Source: an uncultured Acidobacteriota bacterium (GTDB lineage: Bacteria > Acidobacteriota > Vicinamibacteria > Vicinamibacterales > UBA2999). From it: DNA of 64,000 nucleotides. A program made the position numbers and the translations under genes. Location: NCBI GenBank assembly GCA_963802675.1, contig CAWDJL010000008.1:392041-456040 (forward strand), in the 5' to 3' direction. Under the pieces are notes generated by a model. That model ran no database searches. It had not been told where the DNA came from and was given only the letters and a program-made list of their open reading frames with translations. Within the stretch, counting starts at the first letter, position 1. Each line of letters starts with the position of its first letter. Shown here in pieces: positions 47,168 to 56,909 of the stretch.

Positions 47168-49568
47168 TCACTCGCTCCGCAGTGCTTCCGCCGGTGCGAC
47201 GCCGCTCGCGCGGCGGGCGGGAATCGCGCACGCGATCACGACCACCACGAGCAGCCCCACCGACACGGCGACGAACGTCAGCGGATCGTGCGGCTGCACT
47301 TCGTAGAGCAGCCCGCGAATGAGTCGTGCGCCGCCAATCGCAACGACGACACCAATCGCCATGCCTACGGCTGCGGGGCGCAGCCCCTGCCACAGCATCA
47401 AGCCCACCACTTGACCCTGGCGCGCGCCAAGCGCCATGCGCACGCCGATCTCTCGCGTGCGTTGTGCCACGACGTAGGCCACCACGCCATAGATGCCGAT
47501 CGCGGCCAGCACCACGGACAGCACCGCAAACAGCCCGATCAGCACCAGGTAGAAGCGCGGCCGCGCCAGTTGCTCGTCGACGACGTCCTGCATCGAGCTC
47601 GGACCAATCAGCGGGAGTCGGGCATCGAGCTTGTTTACGACCTCGCGCGACGCACCCAGTACCTGTGCCGTCCCGAGGCTGCTCTTGATCACGTACATCA
47701 TCGACCGCTGCCCCGACTGTGCGTGGGGCACGTACATCTCGGGTTGAGCGGCGGTGGCGAGCGTTTGTGATCGCACGTTCGCGACCATGCCAACCACGAC
47801 ACCTGCCGGCAGGCTGCCGATTTGAATCGGGCGACCCAGCGGATCTTCGCCCGGCCAGAACACGTCCGCCATGCGCCGACTGATGACGACGACTCGCTGC
47901 GCCCCCTCGCGATCGGACGGAAGGAACACACGCCCCGAAAGCACCGGAATCTTCATGACCGCGAAGTATTCGGGATCGACGACGCGATAGAGGGCATTCG
48001 GCGCCTGCCCTGGAGGTGGCGGCGGTTGATCGGGGCGCGTGAAGCTCAACACGTTTTCGCTTGGACCGAGTGGCAGGCCAGAGATGCGTGCGACATTCGT
48101 GACGCCAGGTATCGCGGCCAACTGTTCATCGAGGCGTTCGTGGGTGGCGACGACTTGCGCGGCAGGATAGCGCGCAGGCGGCAACGAGATGGTGAAGACC
48201 GTCGAGTCAGCCGGATCGAAGCCCATGTCCGTCTTCTGCAGCGCTGACAGGCTCCGCAGCAGCAAGCCAGCACCCAGCAACAGAATCAGCGACAACGCCA
48301 CCTCGCTGACGAGCAACGTCGACCGTGTCCAGCGCGGTCGGTTCGTGCCCACCGAGCCGCGCTGGCCCAATGCCCGCGACAACGACACTCGCGAGAGACT
48401 CAGCGACGGTCCCAGCCCGAAAATCATCGTCGTGGCCAGAACGATCGCCAGGGCGAAAGCAAAGGTCGGCGCATCGAAGCGCACGTCGTCGAGGCGTGGA
48501 AGATTGGCGGGCGCGAACGCCGTGAGAACCTCAATGCCCCACACCGCGAGCAGCAGACCGCAGACTCCGCCGACGCTGGCAAGAACCAGATTCTCGGTCA
48601 GCAGATAGGACACGAGGCCGCGACGCCCCGCGCCGAGAGCCGTTCGAACTGCGATCTCACTTTGGCGCGCCGCACCGCGGACCAACAGGAGATTGGCCAC
48701 GTTCGCACACGCAATCAGCAGCACCATGGTGACGGCGGCCAGCAACACGACGAGCGCCAGCTGGACGCTCCCGACCGTGCGGTCGTGGAGGCTTTGCACC
48801 ATGACGGTGACGTTGGCATTGTCGCCTTGAAAATCGCGTTCGAGGGCGGAAGCAACGGCCGTCATTTCATCCTGCGCCGCCTCCACCGTCGCGCCATTTG
48901 CGAGGCGACCGATCCCGTTCAGATACACGCACCCACGACCACACTGCTCGTCGTTGTTGCGGACGGGCATCCAAAGACGCGCGCCGTTCGGAAAGTCGAA
49001 GCCGCGCGGCGCAACCCCCACAATGGGCCACGGCACGCCGCTGATCTCGACCGTCTGCGACAGCACGTCGGGCCTGGCTCCAAGCCGGTCCTGCCAGAAG
49101 CCATAGCTGACGACGACCGCGCGCGGGCCAGTCGGTTGGTTCTCGTCCGCCGTGAATTCGCGCCCCGAGATGGGAGTCGCGCGGAACACGTCGAAAAAGC
49201 CCGGCGTGACGCTGCCGATCCGAACGACGTCGGCTGCACCCTGGTTGCTGATGACCGCCCGACCTCCTGAGTACAACGCCATCGAGGGGATCGTCTTGAC
49301 TCGACCGCTTCCAGTCGAGGAAGTTCACGTGAGAGCTGGAGCCATCGACCGGCTCCTGCGGATCACTCTTGGCAGTCTGCCCCAGCGTGACGAGCCGATC
49401 GGATTCGACGTACGGCAGCGGACGCAGCAGAATGCCGTACACCACGCTGAAGATCGCGGTCGTCGCGCCGACGCCGAGGGCGAGCGTGAAAATGGCAACG
49501 AGCGAGAACGTCCGCTGACGCGCCAACGTACGAATCGCGATTTTGAGATCTTGAAGGAGACGATCCAT
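47168..49568 (-). CDS. ADOP/MacB-like duplicated FtsX permease, one frame break near 49290
   Basis: N-terminus MDRLLQDLKIAIRTLARQRTFSLVAIFTLALGVGATTAIFSV (ORF 48867..49568) joins the 704-aa ORF 47168..49282 at NFLDWKRSS|KTIPSMALYSGG. It has two FtsX 4-TM modules. Confidence 0.85.
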
Positions 49569-49571
49569 TTA

Positions 49572-49765
49572 GGTTCTCCACGGAGGTTCGTCACGGGGGT
49601 TCTTGGCGACGGTTCTACGGAGGTTCTCAGCGAAGGTTCTTGTGATGGTTTGACACAAAAGGTGTGACACGAAGGTTGTACGGAGGTGGCTCGTTGCTCG
49701 TGAACAGCGGTCCAGAACCTTCGTCTGAACTGTCGTAGAACCGTCGTAAAGAGCCATCGTCGAGA
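49572..49765. repeat. long imperfect palindrome with GGTTCT / ACGGAGGTT-type arms in the leader of the permease gene
   Basis: gacggttctacg (49608..49619) is the exact complement of cgtagaaccgtc (49734..49745). cgaaggttct (49631..49640) is the exact complement of agaaccttcg (49714..49723). ggttct occurs 5 times on the left arm. Confidence 0.8.
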
Positions 49766-49767
49766 AC

Positions 49768-49974
49768 TCAATGAACGACTTGATCCTCTTCCACCTCCTC
49801 AGGCTCGAGGTGTGGGATGTCGAGGGCTCGCACCGTCTCGAGCGCGGTGAAAATCGCATGGTCGAGCGGTCCCCCGCGATCGGGGGCACGCAGATCCTTG
49901 CGGATCTGCCGCAGCGCCCGGAGGACGCGGGCCCGGTCGAAACGTTGTCCCTGGCAGTGTTCGCAGAAGCTCAT
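49768..49974 (-). CDS. small hypothetical protein (68 aa)
   Basis: MSFCEHCQGQRFDRARVLRALRQIRKDLRAP... It lies 4 nt downstream of the TolB-like gene. No recognisable domain. Confidence 0.4.
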   Translation of the reverse strand: MSFCEHCQGQRFDRARVLRALRQIRKDLRAPDRGGPLDHAIFTALETVRALDIPHLEPEEVEEDQVVH

Positions 49975-49978
49975 GGGT

Positions 49979-50881
49979 CTATTTTCCCTCGTTCACCACG
50001 ATGGCCATACTCCGCCCATCCGGGGCCACTGCCATCCGTGTCACGGCGCCCAGTTTGTGGATGGCTACGTCGTAGACGTCACGCCATCCCTGACCTCGCC
50101 GCCACGCCACGATTCGTGCGCCGGCCGACATGAGGAGCGTACCATCCGGCAGCCACGCGCAATCCCGCTCGGTCGAGCCGGCGGGCGCCATCACCAGCGG
50201 CGTGCTCACGCCGGACATGGGATTCAGCTCTTTCACCCAGTGTTCACCGTTCTCCAGACGCTCGACGAAGCTGATGGAGTTGCCGCCCGGCATGCGCAGG
50301 ATCGAACGGCCGACGTTGCTGGCCACGACAGTACCTTTGCCGGTTGACACCGGTGCGGTCTGAAGCGTTGACGGCTTGCCGAGGACGAAGAGGACCAATC
50401 GATCCGCATCCACCCAGGCGTGATAACCGACTGGCTTGATCTCGGAAAGCACGACCTTCGGGTTGCTGCCGTTGCGGTCGAAGCGCCACAGGCGTTGTGT
50501 CCCGTCGGCTTCGACGCGGATCACGCTGACGCCTTTGCCATCCGGCGTGATGGTTGCCGAATACTCGCCTTCGGGGGTCGCAACCAGTTGCCGGACGCGC
50601 CGCGTCGCGCGATCGAATTCGTAGATGTCAGTCTGCTTACCGTCACGATTGGCCGTAAACAACACGGCTGCGCCGTCGGGCGTGTAGAAGGGTTGATTGT
50701 CGTAGCCCGGCGCAACGCTGATGGGTTGCGGGGTTGCTTCCTTGAGCGTCTCGAGCTGGCCGCTGAACGCGAGCTCATAGATGTCGGTGCCCGGCGGGGT
50801 CTGAGCGCCGCCCGCCGGCGGTGCCGTCGGTTGTTGGCTCACAAGTGTCAGGAGACCCACGAAGACCAATGCACGGATCAT
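49979..50881 (-). CDS. secreted TolB-like (PD40/WD40-like) beta-propeller protein
   Basis: Signal MIRALVFVGLLTLVS. Repeated PD40-like units (YDNQPFYTPDGAAVLFTANRDG, EYSATITPDGKGV, RDCAWLPDGTLLMS, MAVAPDGRSMAIV). Confidence 0.75.
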   Translation of the reverse strand: MIRALVFVGLLTLVSQQPTAPPAGGAQTPPGTDIYELAFSGQLETLKEATPQPISVAPGYDNQPFYTPDGAAVLFTANRDGKQTDIYEFDRATRRVRQLVATPEGEYSATITPDGKGVSVIRVEADGTQRLWRFDRNGSNPKVVLSEIKPVGYHAWVDADRLVLFVLGKPSTLQTAPVSTGKGTVVASNVGRSILRMPGGNSISFVERLENGEHWVKELNPMSGVSTPLVMAPAGSTERDCAWLPDGTLLMSAGARIVAWRRGQGWRDVYDVAIHKLGAVTRMAVAPDGRSMAIVVNEGK

Positions 50882-50915
50882 GCGCGCAGTATATGCGCGG
50901 CGCTATCCTGAATGA

Positions 50916-52001
50916 ATGCGGTCCCCGGTTCTGCTGATCGCGTGGTGCGTCGTCGCAGTGCTCGCGATGTGTTGGCCGGTGAATGGCCGAGGCCATCCGC
51001 CGAGCGTGCCTGGGACCTGCGCGGCTCGGGCTGGGACCGGTAGCCCTGTTCCCGTGACGTGGCACGTGAGTTCGCACGAAGATCTGGGCGAGCTCGATCG
51101 ATGGTGTCGCGCGGTTGGAAGGCCCGTCATCGTGCTATCGCCGCCTGGTGGGGGCGACGAGATACCCGGGCCGGACGACTTGGTCGTGCTGACGTGGAAT
51201 GCCCACATGTTCGAGGGCGATCTCGGGGCCCTCATCGCCGACCTGCGAGAAGGTCAATTGACCGGTGGCCAACCCGTGAAGCATTTCGTCCTGCTCCTGC
51301 AGGAGATCTATCGGCAAGGACCCGACGTACCGGCCTTTGCGTCGGACAGTCGGAGTGCATTCGCGATCACCGGACGTGACGGGCGCGGCAGCGACGCGCG
51401 TGAATACGCCACAACGTTGGGACTCTCGATGTTGTATGTTCCCTCGATGAGAAACGGCGCCAACGCCTTTGAAGACCGCGGCAACGCGATTGTCTCAACG
51501 GAAAGGCTGCACGCGCCGTTCGCAGTGGAGCTGCCGCTCGAGCGGCAGCGTCGGGTCGCCGTTGGCGCCGCGATTGATGTGCGCACAATCGACGGCCCGG
51601 ATCGCCTCGACGTCGTGAGCGCGCACCTCGAACCAGTGAGTTCCGCGGCGTCGCTTTGGATTTTCAGCAGCCCGCGACCGCGCCAGGTCGTGGGCTTGCT
51701 CAATGTGCTTCGAACGTCCCGCGCTTCACAGGCTGTGCGATCGTCCGGCACCGTGCTTGGTGGTGACTTCAATACGATCCAGGCTGGCGCCGGTGAGGAC
51801 GCCTACTCGATCGCTCGCGCCTGGTCGCGAAGTCTGGTGAGCGAGGACCCACGTCGAACGCATCTCATGGGACGGCTCGATTACCTATTCTTCCGCCTGC
51901 AGGATGGCTGGACCGGCAGCACGACTCGCGTTGGGGCAAAGTACGGCTCGGACCATCACCCGGTCATTGGACGGCTCGCCCCGCGACAAGTGTCGCCATG
52001 A
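50916..52001 (+). CDS. endonuclease/exonuclease/phosphatase (EEP) family protein
   Basis: LVVLTWNAHMFEG (N-terminal Asn/Glu motif), LLLQEI, GGDFNT, and C-terminal GSDHHPVIGRL. Confidence 0.75.
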   Translation: MRSPVLLIAWCVVAVLAMCWPVNGRGHPPSVPGTCAARAGTGSPVPVTWHVSSHEDLGELDRWCRAVGRPVIVLSPPGGGDEIPGPDDLVVLTWNAHMFEGDLGALIADLREGQLTGGQPVKHFVLLLQEIYRQGPDVPAFASDSRSAFAITGRDGRGSDAREYATTLGLSMLYVPSMRNGANAFEDRGNAIVSTERLHAPFAVELPLERQRRVAVGAAIDVRTIDGPDRLDVVSAHLEPVSSAASLWIFSSPRPRQVVGLLNVLRTSRASQAVRSSGTVLGGDFNTIQAGAGEDAYSIARAWSRSLVSEDPRRTHLMGRLDYLFFRLQDGWTGSTTRVGAKYGSDHHPVIGRLAPRQVSP

Positions 52002-52510
52002 CCACGCGCCTGACGGAACCCGTGACACGCAGTTTGGGGTTGGCGGCAACCATCGCGTACGCGGCGGTGATTGCCTGGCTTCTGGCCTCGCAACCGCGAA
52101 GCGTTGCCGAAGCGGTCGGTGGTTTGTCAGCCACCGTGGGCACCTACGATATCGATGCGCAAGCGTTCGCGGACGGCCTCGCGTTCTTCCGGAGAGATCA
52201 GTTCATCGAGGCGCGGGCCGCCTTTTCACGCGCGGATCCCGCGTCTCGCGACGCACGGACGCAGTTCTACATCGCATACTCCTGCTATCGTCAGGGCTGG
52301 CGTCGCACACACCGAGACGATGCGCTGTATCGAGAGGGGCTGAAACACATCGATCAGGCCATTGCGCTCTCGCCCGGTGGTCGGCTGGTTGTGAATGACG
52401 AGACGTTGCAGATGCGATCGGCCGACGAGCTGCGGGCGGAACTGCAGGCGGGTCTTACTCGCGACGCTTCCGATCTGAATCCGCTTCGTCTGCTGCAGGA
52501 GCGAAAATGA
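51998..52510 (+). CDS. hypothetical membrane-anchored helical-repeat protein
   Basis: One TM helix (LGLAATIAYAAVIAWLLA) followed by a TPR-like helical region. ATGA overlaps at both ends. Confidence 0.5.
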   Translation: MTTRLTEPVTRSLGLAATIAYAAVIAWLLASQPRSVAEAVGGLSATVGTYDIDAQAFADGLAFFRRDQFIEARAAFSRADPASRDARTQFYIAYSCYRQGWRRTHRDDALYREGLKHIDQAIALSPGGRLVVNDETLQMRSADELRAELQAGLTRDASDLNPLRLLQERK

Positions 52511-53217
52511 CGCCGTTGCTCGAGGCGTGGTTGCTGCCGGCGCTCTTCTTGACCGTCCTGCTGGCCGGTGCGCTGCGTCCGGGGGGCGACGTCACCCTGA
52601 TGCGGCCCTCACTGGCCTCGCTGGTGATGGCCACGGTGCTGCTGGTGCTCTACGTCCGCAGCGGTACCCTGGCCCCCGAGCGTCTGATGAACGGCGCCCG
52701 GTCAACGATCGCCAATCTGAATGGCTTCGCCGTCCTTGCAACCGCATTCGCCGCGTCGGCGCAGGTGACGACACTGGTGATTCCTGAATCCGGGATGCCA
52801 GCCCTCATTGTGTGGATTGTGCTCGTGAGTCTCGTGCTGCAAGCGTTCGCGATTGGTCCCGATCGGCCTCGCTTGCTTCGTGGCTTGCTCGTGACGTTCG
52901 GCGCTGTCTTCACGCTGAAGTTCATCGTCCTCGCCACGATTTTCGCACCTGCGCAAGGCCGCCTGTCGCGTGCCCTGCAGACGCTCTTCGACGGACTGAC
53001 GCTCGGCGGCATCGTGCAGCGAACGCCCCATGCTTTGGAGGGGTACGTCGCGTTTGGAACGCTGGCACTCTACCTGGTAGGCATCGCGCTTCTGCCCGCA
53101 GCGACGTGGCAGATGGTGCGGAGCCCGAACGCTGAAAACCAACCACTGGTGACCACCGAAGAACCGCGCCAGCTATCCACACGGGATGTTCGCGATGAAT
53201 CGTCGATCATTTCTTAG
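52507..53217 (+). CDS. hypothetical polytopic membrane protein
   Basis: About 6 TM helices. Coupled to the upstream gene by ATGA. Confidence 0.5.
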   Translation: MTPLLEAWLLPALFLTVLLAGALRPGGDVTLMRPSLASLVMATVLLVLYVRSGTLAPERLMNGARSTIANLNGFAVLATAFAASAQVTTLVIPESGMPALIVWIVLVSLVLQAFAIGPDRPRLLRGLLVTFGAVFTLKFIVLATIFAPAQGRLSRALQTLFDGLTLGGIVQRTPHALEGYVAFGTLALYLVGIALLPAATWQMVRSPNAENQPLVTTEEPRQLSTRDVRDESSIIS

Positions 53218-54391
53218 CGCGACCGCTGCGGCCATGTCGATCGGACCGTGGCAAAGTGTTCGAGTCGAACCACAGTCGACCTCGCGAGATTCCGGCTTCG
53301 ATCCGTGGATCGAGATCAAACCCGAGCACCTCCGTCGGAACGTGGCGGCCGTCGCAGCCGCCATCGGTGACCGTCCGATCCTTGCCGTCATCAAGAACAA
53401 CGGGTACGGACTCGGAGTTGTCCCGATCGCCAGGATTCTGGCGCCGCTCAAGCATGTGCGCGGACTCGCGGTCATCAAGCTGCAAGAGGCGTTTGCGATT
53501 CGGGACGCGGGCATCACCGCCCCCGTGCTGCTGATGGGACCGTTCGAGCCCGGCGATCTGCCCGACCTCCATGCCCGCGACATCATGCCGATGGTCTATA
53601 CGCCAATCGGTGCGGATCTGTCGCGGGTGGCCGCACGCGGCGGCCGCGCCCTCAAGATTCACGTCTGCATCGATACCGGTCTTGGGCGTGTCGGTGTCCC
53701 CTACCGCGAAGCCATCACCCTCGTGAAGCAGCTCGCGGGTCAGACGGGCGTCACGATCGACGGTGTCATGATGACGTTCAGCGAGGACGAAGCATTCGAC
53801 CGCGAGCAGCTTCGGCGCTTCGAGGCGCTCAACGCGGAGTTGCGGGCGTCTGGCCTCACCACCGGCCTCCGCCACGCCGCTTCGAGCTACACCTTCTTTC
53901 AACATCCCGATATCGTCCTCGACATGGTGCGACCGGGCATGGCGCTGTTTGGTGTCTATCCGGAGCCGGCCTTTCGCAAGGCCAATCGAATGTCGCTGGT
54001 GCCTGCGGGAGCCCTGCGCGCGCGCGTGGCTTACGTGAAGAAGTTGGCCGCCGGCGAGAGCGCGGGCTACAACCGCGCGTATCTTGCGAAGACCGATACC
54101 TGGGTTGCCACGCTGCCGGTCGGTCACGCCGACGGCTGGCCGCGGGTTGCCGCCAAAGGGGCGCGCGTCCGCATCAACGGCGCCCTCTATCCGGTCATCG
54201 CGTCCGTCTCAGCCAGCCACACCATCGTCGAGATCGGCGCTGAGCCGACCGTGCGCATCGGTGATGTCGTCACCCTGTGGGATTGGGAGGACGGATCGCG
54301 TCCCGAGGATGTCGCGGTGGCGTGTGGTGCGTCGGTCTACGACTTGTTGATGCACCTGGGCGGGCATCTGCCGCGACATGTGGTTTCGTGA
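53195..54391 (+). CDS. Tat-exported alanine-racemase-family PLP enzyme
   Basis: Twin-arginine signal MNRRSFLSATAAAMSIGP. PLP-lysine motif AVIKNNGYGLG. PVGHADGW and the YDLL tail are typical of the alanine racemase fold. Confidence 0.8.
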   Translation: MNRRSFLSATAAAMSIGPWQSVRVEPQSTSRDSGFDPWIEIKPEHLRRNVAAVAAAIGDRPILAVIKNNGYGLGVVPIARILAPLKHVRGLAVIKLQEAFAIRDAGITAPVLLMGPFEPGDLPDLHARDIMPMVYTPIGADLSRVAARGGRALKIHVCIDTGLGRVGVPYREAITLVKQLAGQTGVTIDGVMMTFSEDEAFDREQLRRFEALNAELRASGLTTGLRHAASSYTFFQHPDIVLDMVRPGMALFGVYPEPAFRKANRMSLVPAGALRARVAYVKKLAAGESAGYNRAYLAKTDTWVATLPVGHADGWPRVAAKGARVRINGALYPVIASVSASHTIVEIGAEPTVRIGDVVTLWDWEDGSRPEDVAVACGASVYDLLMHLGGHLPRHVVS

Positions 54392-54450
54392 GATTGGAAT
54401 CTTCACGCATCACTCCTGACGTGCGCCGCCAGAGTCACACTGGACAGCTT

Positions 54451-54783
54451 CTATCGCGTCGCAGCGTCCAGCCGCCCGGCCAGCTCGAGAAAGGCCTCGC
54501 CCCAACCGCTGCTGACACTCACTTCTTGAATTGGTCCGGCCGGCGCGAACAGCACTCTGAGTTGTTGCAGGTCGGGTCCGCGGCCGCTGACAACTGAATC
54601 GATCAACCCATCGAGTTCTCGTAGGGCTGCTTGCAGGTCTTCCCAAGACGACCATTCGAAGTTGTTTTCCGAACGAGCAAGGAGCGCACGCGTCTCTCGC
54701 AGAACGTGCAAGAGTGCATCTCGCTTCACATCGTCCTTTTCGAAAAGTGGCATGTCGTGTCGCTCTGCTTCTGTGAACAGCAA
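54451..54783 (-). CDS. hypothetical cytoplasmic protein (110 aa)
   Basis: The ORF lies 4 nt downstream of mbfA on the same strand. No recognisable domain. Confidence 0.4.
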   Translation of the reverse strand: MLFTEAERHDMPLFEKDDVKRDALLHVLRETRALLARSENNFEWSSWEDLQAALRELDGLIDSVVSGRGPDLQQLRVLFAPAGPIQEVSVSSGWGEAFLELAGRLDAATR

Positions 54784-54787
54784 CTCA

Positions 54788-55771
54788 TCAGGCGCTGCCG
54801 ATCAGAATGCCGGACAGGAAAACAAGGAATCCCCCCAACACCACCTGAAACGTCGCCTGCAAGAACGGCGTGTCCATGAATCGAAAGCGTATCCACGAGA
54901 TGGCGACCAACTCGACCGCGACCACGAGCACCGCGACCATCGTGGCGACGTAAAAGCTTGGAATCAGATACGGCAAGGTGTGACCAATGCCGCCAACGGT
55001 GGTCATCACGCCGCAGATCGCTCCGCGCAGCGCCGGTTGCCCGCGACCAGTCATGGAGCCATCATCCGACAGCGCTTCGGCAAACCCCATGGAAATGCCG
55101 GCTCCGACTGAAGCGGCCATGCCGACGAGAAACGCATCCCACGAATCTCGTGTCGCAAATGCCGCCGCGAAAAGCGGCGCCAAGGTCGAGACCGATCCGT
55201 CCATCAACCCGGCGAGCGCCGGCTGAACGACCTGCAGTACGAAGAGCCGATGGCGAGTCGCCTCCTCGTCGGCGCGAATGCCGTCGGACCGCAGCTTGTG
55301 GTCCAGCGCTTCGGCGCGCTCGGCGTGGCCGCGCTCCACGAGTGCGAGATCGTTCAGGAGCGACCGGATACGGGCGTCGGTTACGCGCGCGGCCGCGGCT
55401 TCGTAAAACCGTCGCGTCTCGAGCTCCATCGCCGACACCTGCGCACGCGCCGCCTCGACGCGCAGTGGACTGGTCAGCCACAGCGGACGTCGCGCCACGA
55501 AGCCCTTGACGTCCTGACGGCGAATCAGCGGGACGTGCTCGCCGAACCGTTCGCGAAACAGCTCCGTGAGCGCCCGTCGATGCTCTGATTCTTCGCTTTG
55601 CATCGCCGCGAAGACCTGCGCCGTCGCCGGATAGTGCTCGCGAAAGCCCTCGGCAAAGTCGGCGTAGACCCGCTCGTCCTCTTCCTCGAGCGAAATCGCC
55701 AGAGCCAGCAACTCGCGTTCGGTGAGATCTTTGAAGCGCTTCACCGCTCGGAATTGTACGCGTGTTGTCAT
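54788..55771 (-). CDS. mbfA: membrane-bound ferritin: ferritin/rubrerythrin-like domain fused to a VIT1/CCC1 iron-transporter domain
   Basis: Start ATG 55771 (MTTRVQF). Four-helix-bundle ligand motifs EEEDERVYADF, ESEHRRAL, ELETRRFYE and ERGHAE. The C-terminal TM region is LAGLMDGSVSTLAPLFAAAF...GGIGHTLPYLIP. Confidence 0.75.
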   Translation of the reverse strand: MTTRVQFRAVKRFKDLTERELLALAISLEEEDERVYADFAEGFREHYPATAQVFAAMQSEESEHRRALTELFRERFGEHVPLIRRQDVKGFVARRPLWLTSPLRVEAARAQVSAMELETRRFYEAAAARVTDARIRSLLNDLALVERGHAERAEALDHKLRSDGIRADEEATRHRLFVLQVVQPALAGLMDGSVSTLAPLFAAAFATRDSWDAFLVGMAASVGAGISMGFAEALSDDGSMTGRGQPALRGAICGVMTTVGGIGHTLPYLIPSFYVATMVAVLVVAVELVAISWIRFRFMDTPFLQATFQVVLGGFLVFLSGILIGSA

Positions 55772-55832
55772 CCGCTGGCAGGCCAACGATCTGCTCCGAA
55801 GTGGCGGCTCTCGATCCGCGGATAATGCTGGA

Positions 55833-56774
55833 ATGCAAATCGGAATGATCGGCCTCGGCCGCATGGGCGCCAACATGTCGCGACGACTCGTGAAGGGTGG
55901 TCATCAGGTCATCGCCTACGACCGCAGCCCCGACACTGCCGCCGCGCTATCGCGCGAGGGGGTCGCGCCGGCGACAAGCCTTGCGGAACTGACCCATCAA
56001 CTGCGCACACCGCGCGCCGTCTGGATCATGGTGCCCGACACCGTCGTCGACGCGACGATCGATACGCTGCAGCCGCTCCTGTCGCCGGGTGACGTGGTCA
56101 TCGATGGCGGGAACTCTCACTACAAGCTCGATACGGCGCGAGCCGCGCGTCTGGGCGTTCGTCAGATTGAATACGTAGATGTGGGCACGAGCGGCGGAAT
56201 CTGGGGAGCTGAGCGCGGCTACTGTCTGATGATTGGTGGGAACCCCGACGTGGTCGGACGTCTCGACCCGATCTTTCGCGCCCTCGCCCCCGGGATCGAT
56301 GCGGCGCCTCGACTGGCCGACGACGGCGAGCCTACGCCGGCCGAGTACGGCTACTTGCACTGCGGCAGCCATGGCGCCGGCCACTTCGTCAAGATGGTGC
56401 ACAACGCGATCGAGTACGGCTTGATGGCCGCCTACGCGGAGGGCTTCAACCTGCTGGAGCACGCGCCCGAATACGAGTTCGATCTCCCCGAGGTTGCTGA
56501 ACTGTGGCGGCGAGGCAGCGTCATCGGCTCGTGGCTGTTGGACCTGACGGCGCGCGCCCTGGCCGAAGACCCTGCTTTGGGAGCCTTCGAGGGCCGCGTC
56601 GGCGACTCGGGCGAAGGGCGCTGGACGGCGCACGTCGCCATCGATGCCGCAGTGCCGGTTCCCGTGCTCGCCGCCGCGCTCTTCGGACGCTTCAGCTCGC
56701 GCGGCCAGGACGATTTCGCCAACCGAATGCTGTCAGCCATGCGTGCACAGTTTGGAGGGCACAGGGAATCATGA
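55833..56774 (+). CDS. gnd: 6-phosphogluconate dehydrogenase, short (decarboxylating, YqeC-like) form
   Basis: Start ATG 55833. Rossmann motif MQIGMIGLGRMGANMSRRL. GGNSHY, GTSGGIWG and HFVKMVHNAIEYG motifs. It is convergent with zwf. Confidence 0.85.
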   Translation: MQIGMIGLGRMGANMSRRLVKGGHQVIAYDRSPDTAAALSREGVAPATSLAELTHQLRTPRAVWIMVPDTVVDATIDTLQPLLSPGDVVIDGGNSHYKLDTARAARLGVRQIEYVDVGTSGGIWGAERGYCLMIGGNPDVVGRLDPIFRALAPGIDAAPRLADDGEPTPAEYGYLHCGSHGAGHFVKMVHNAIEYGLMAAYAEGFNLLEHAPEYEFDLPEVAELWRRGSVIGSWLLDLTARALAEDPALGAFEGRVGDSGEGRWTAHVAIDAAVPVPVLAAALFGRFSSRGQDDFANRMLSAMRAQFGGHRES

Positions 56775-56779
56775 AGTCG

Positions 56780-56905
<126 letters not shown>

Positions 56906-56909
56906 CCGA

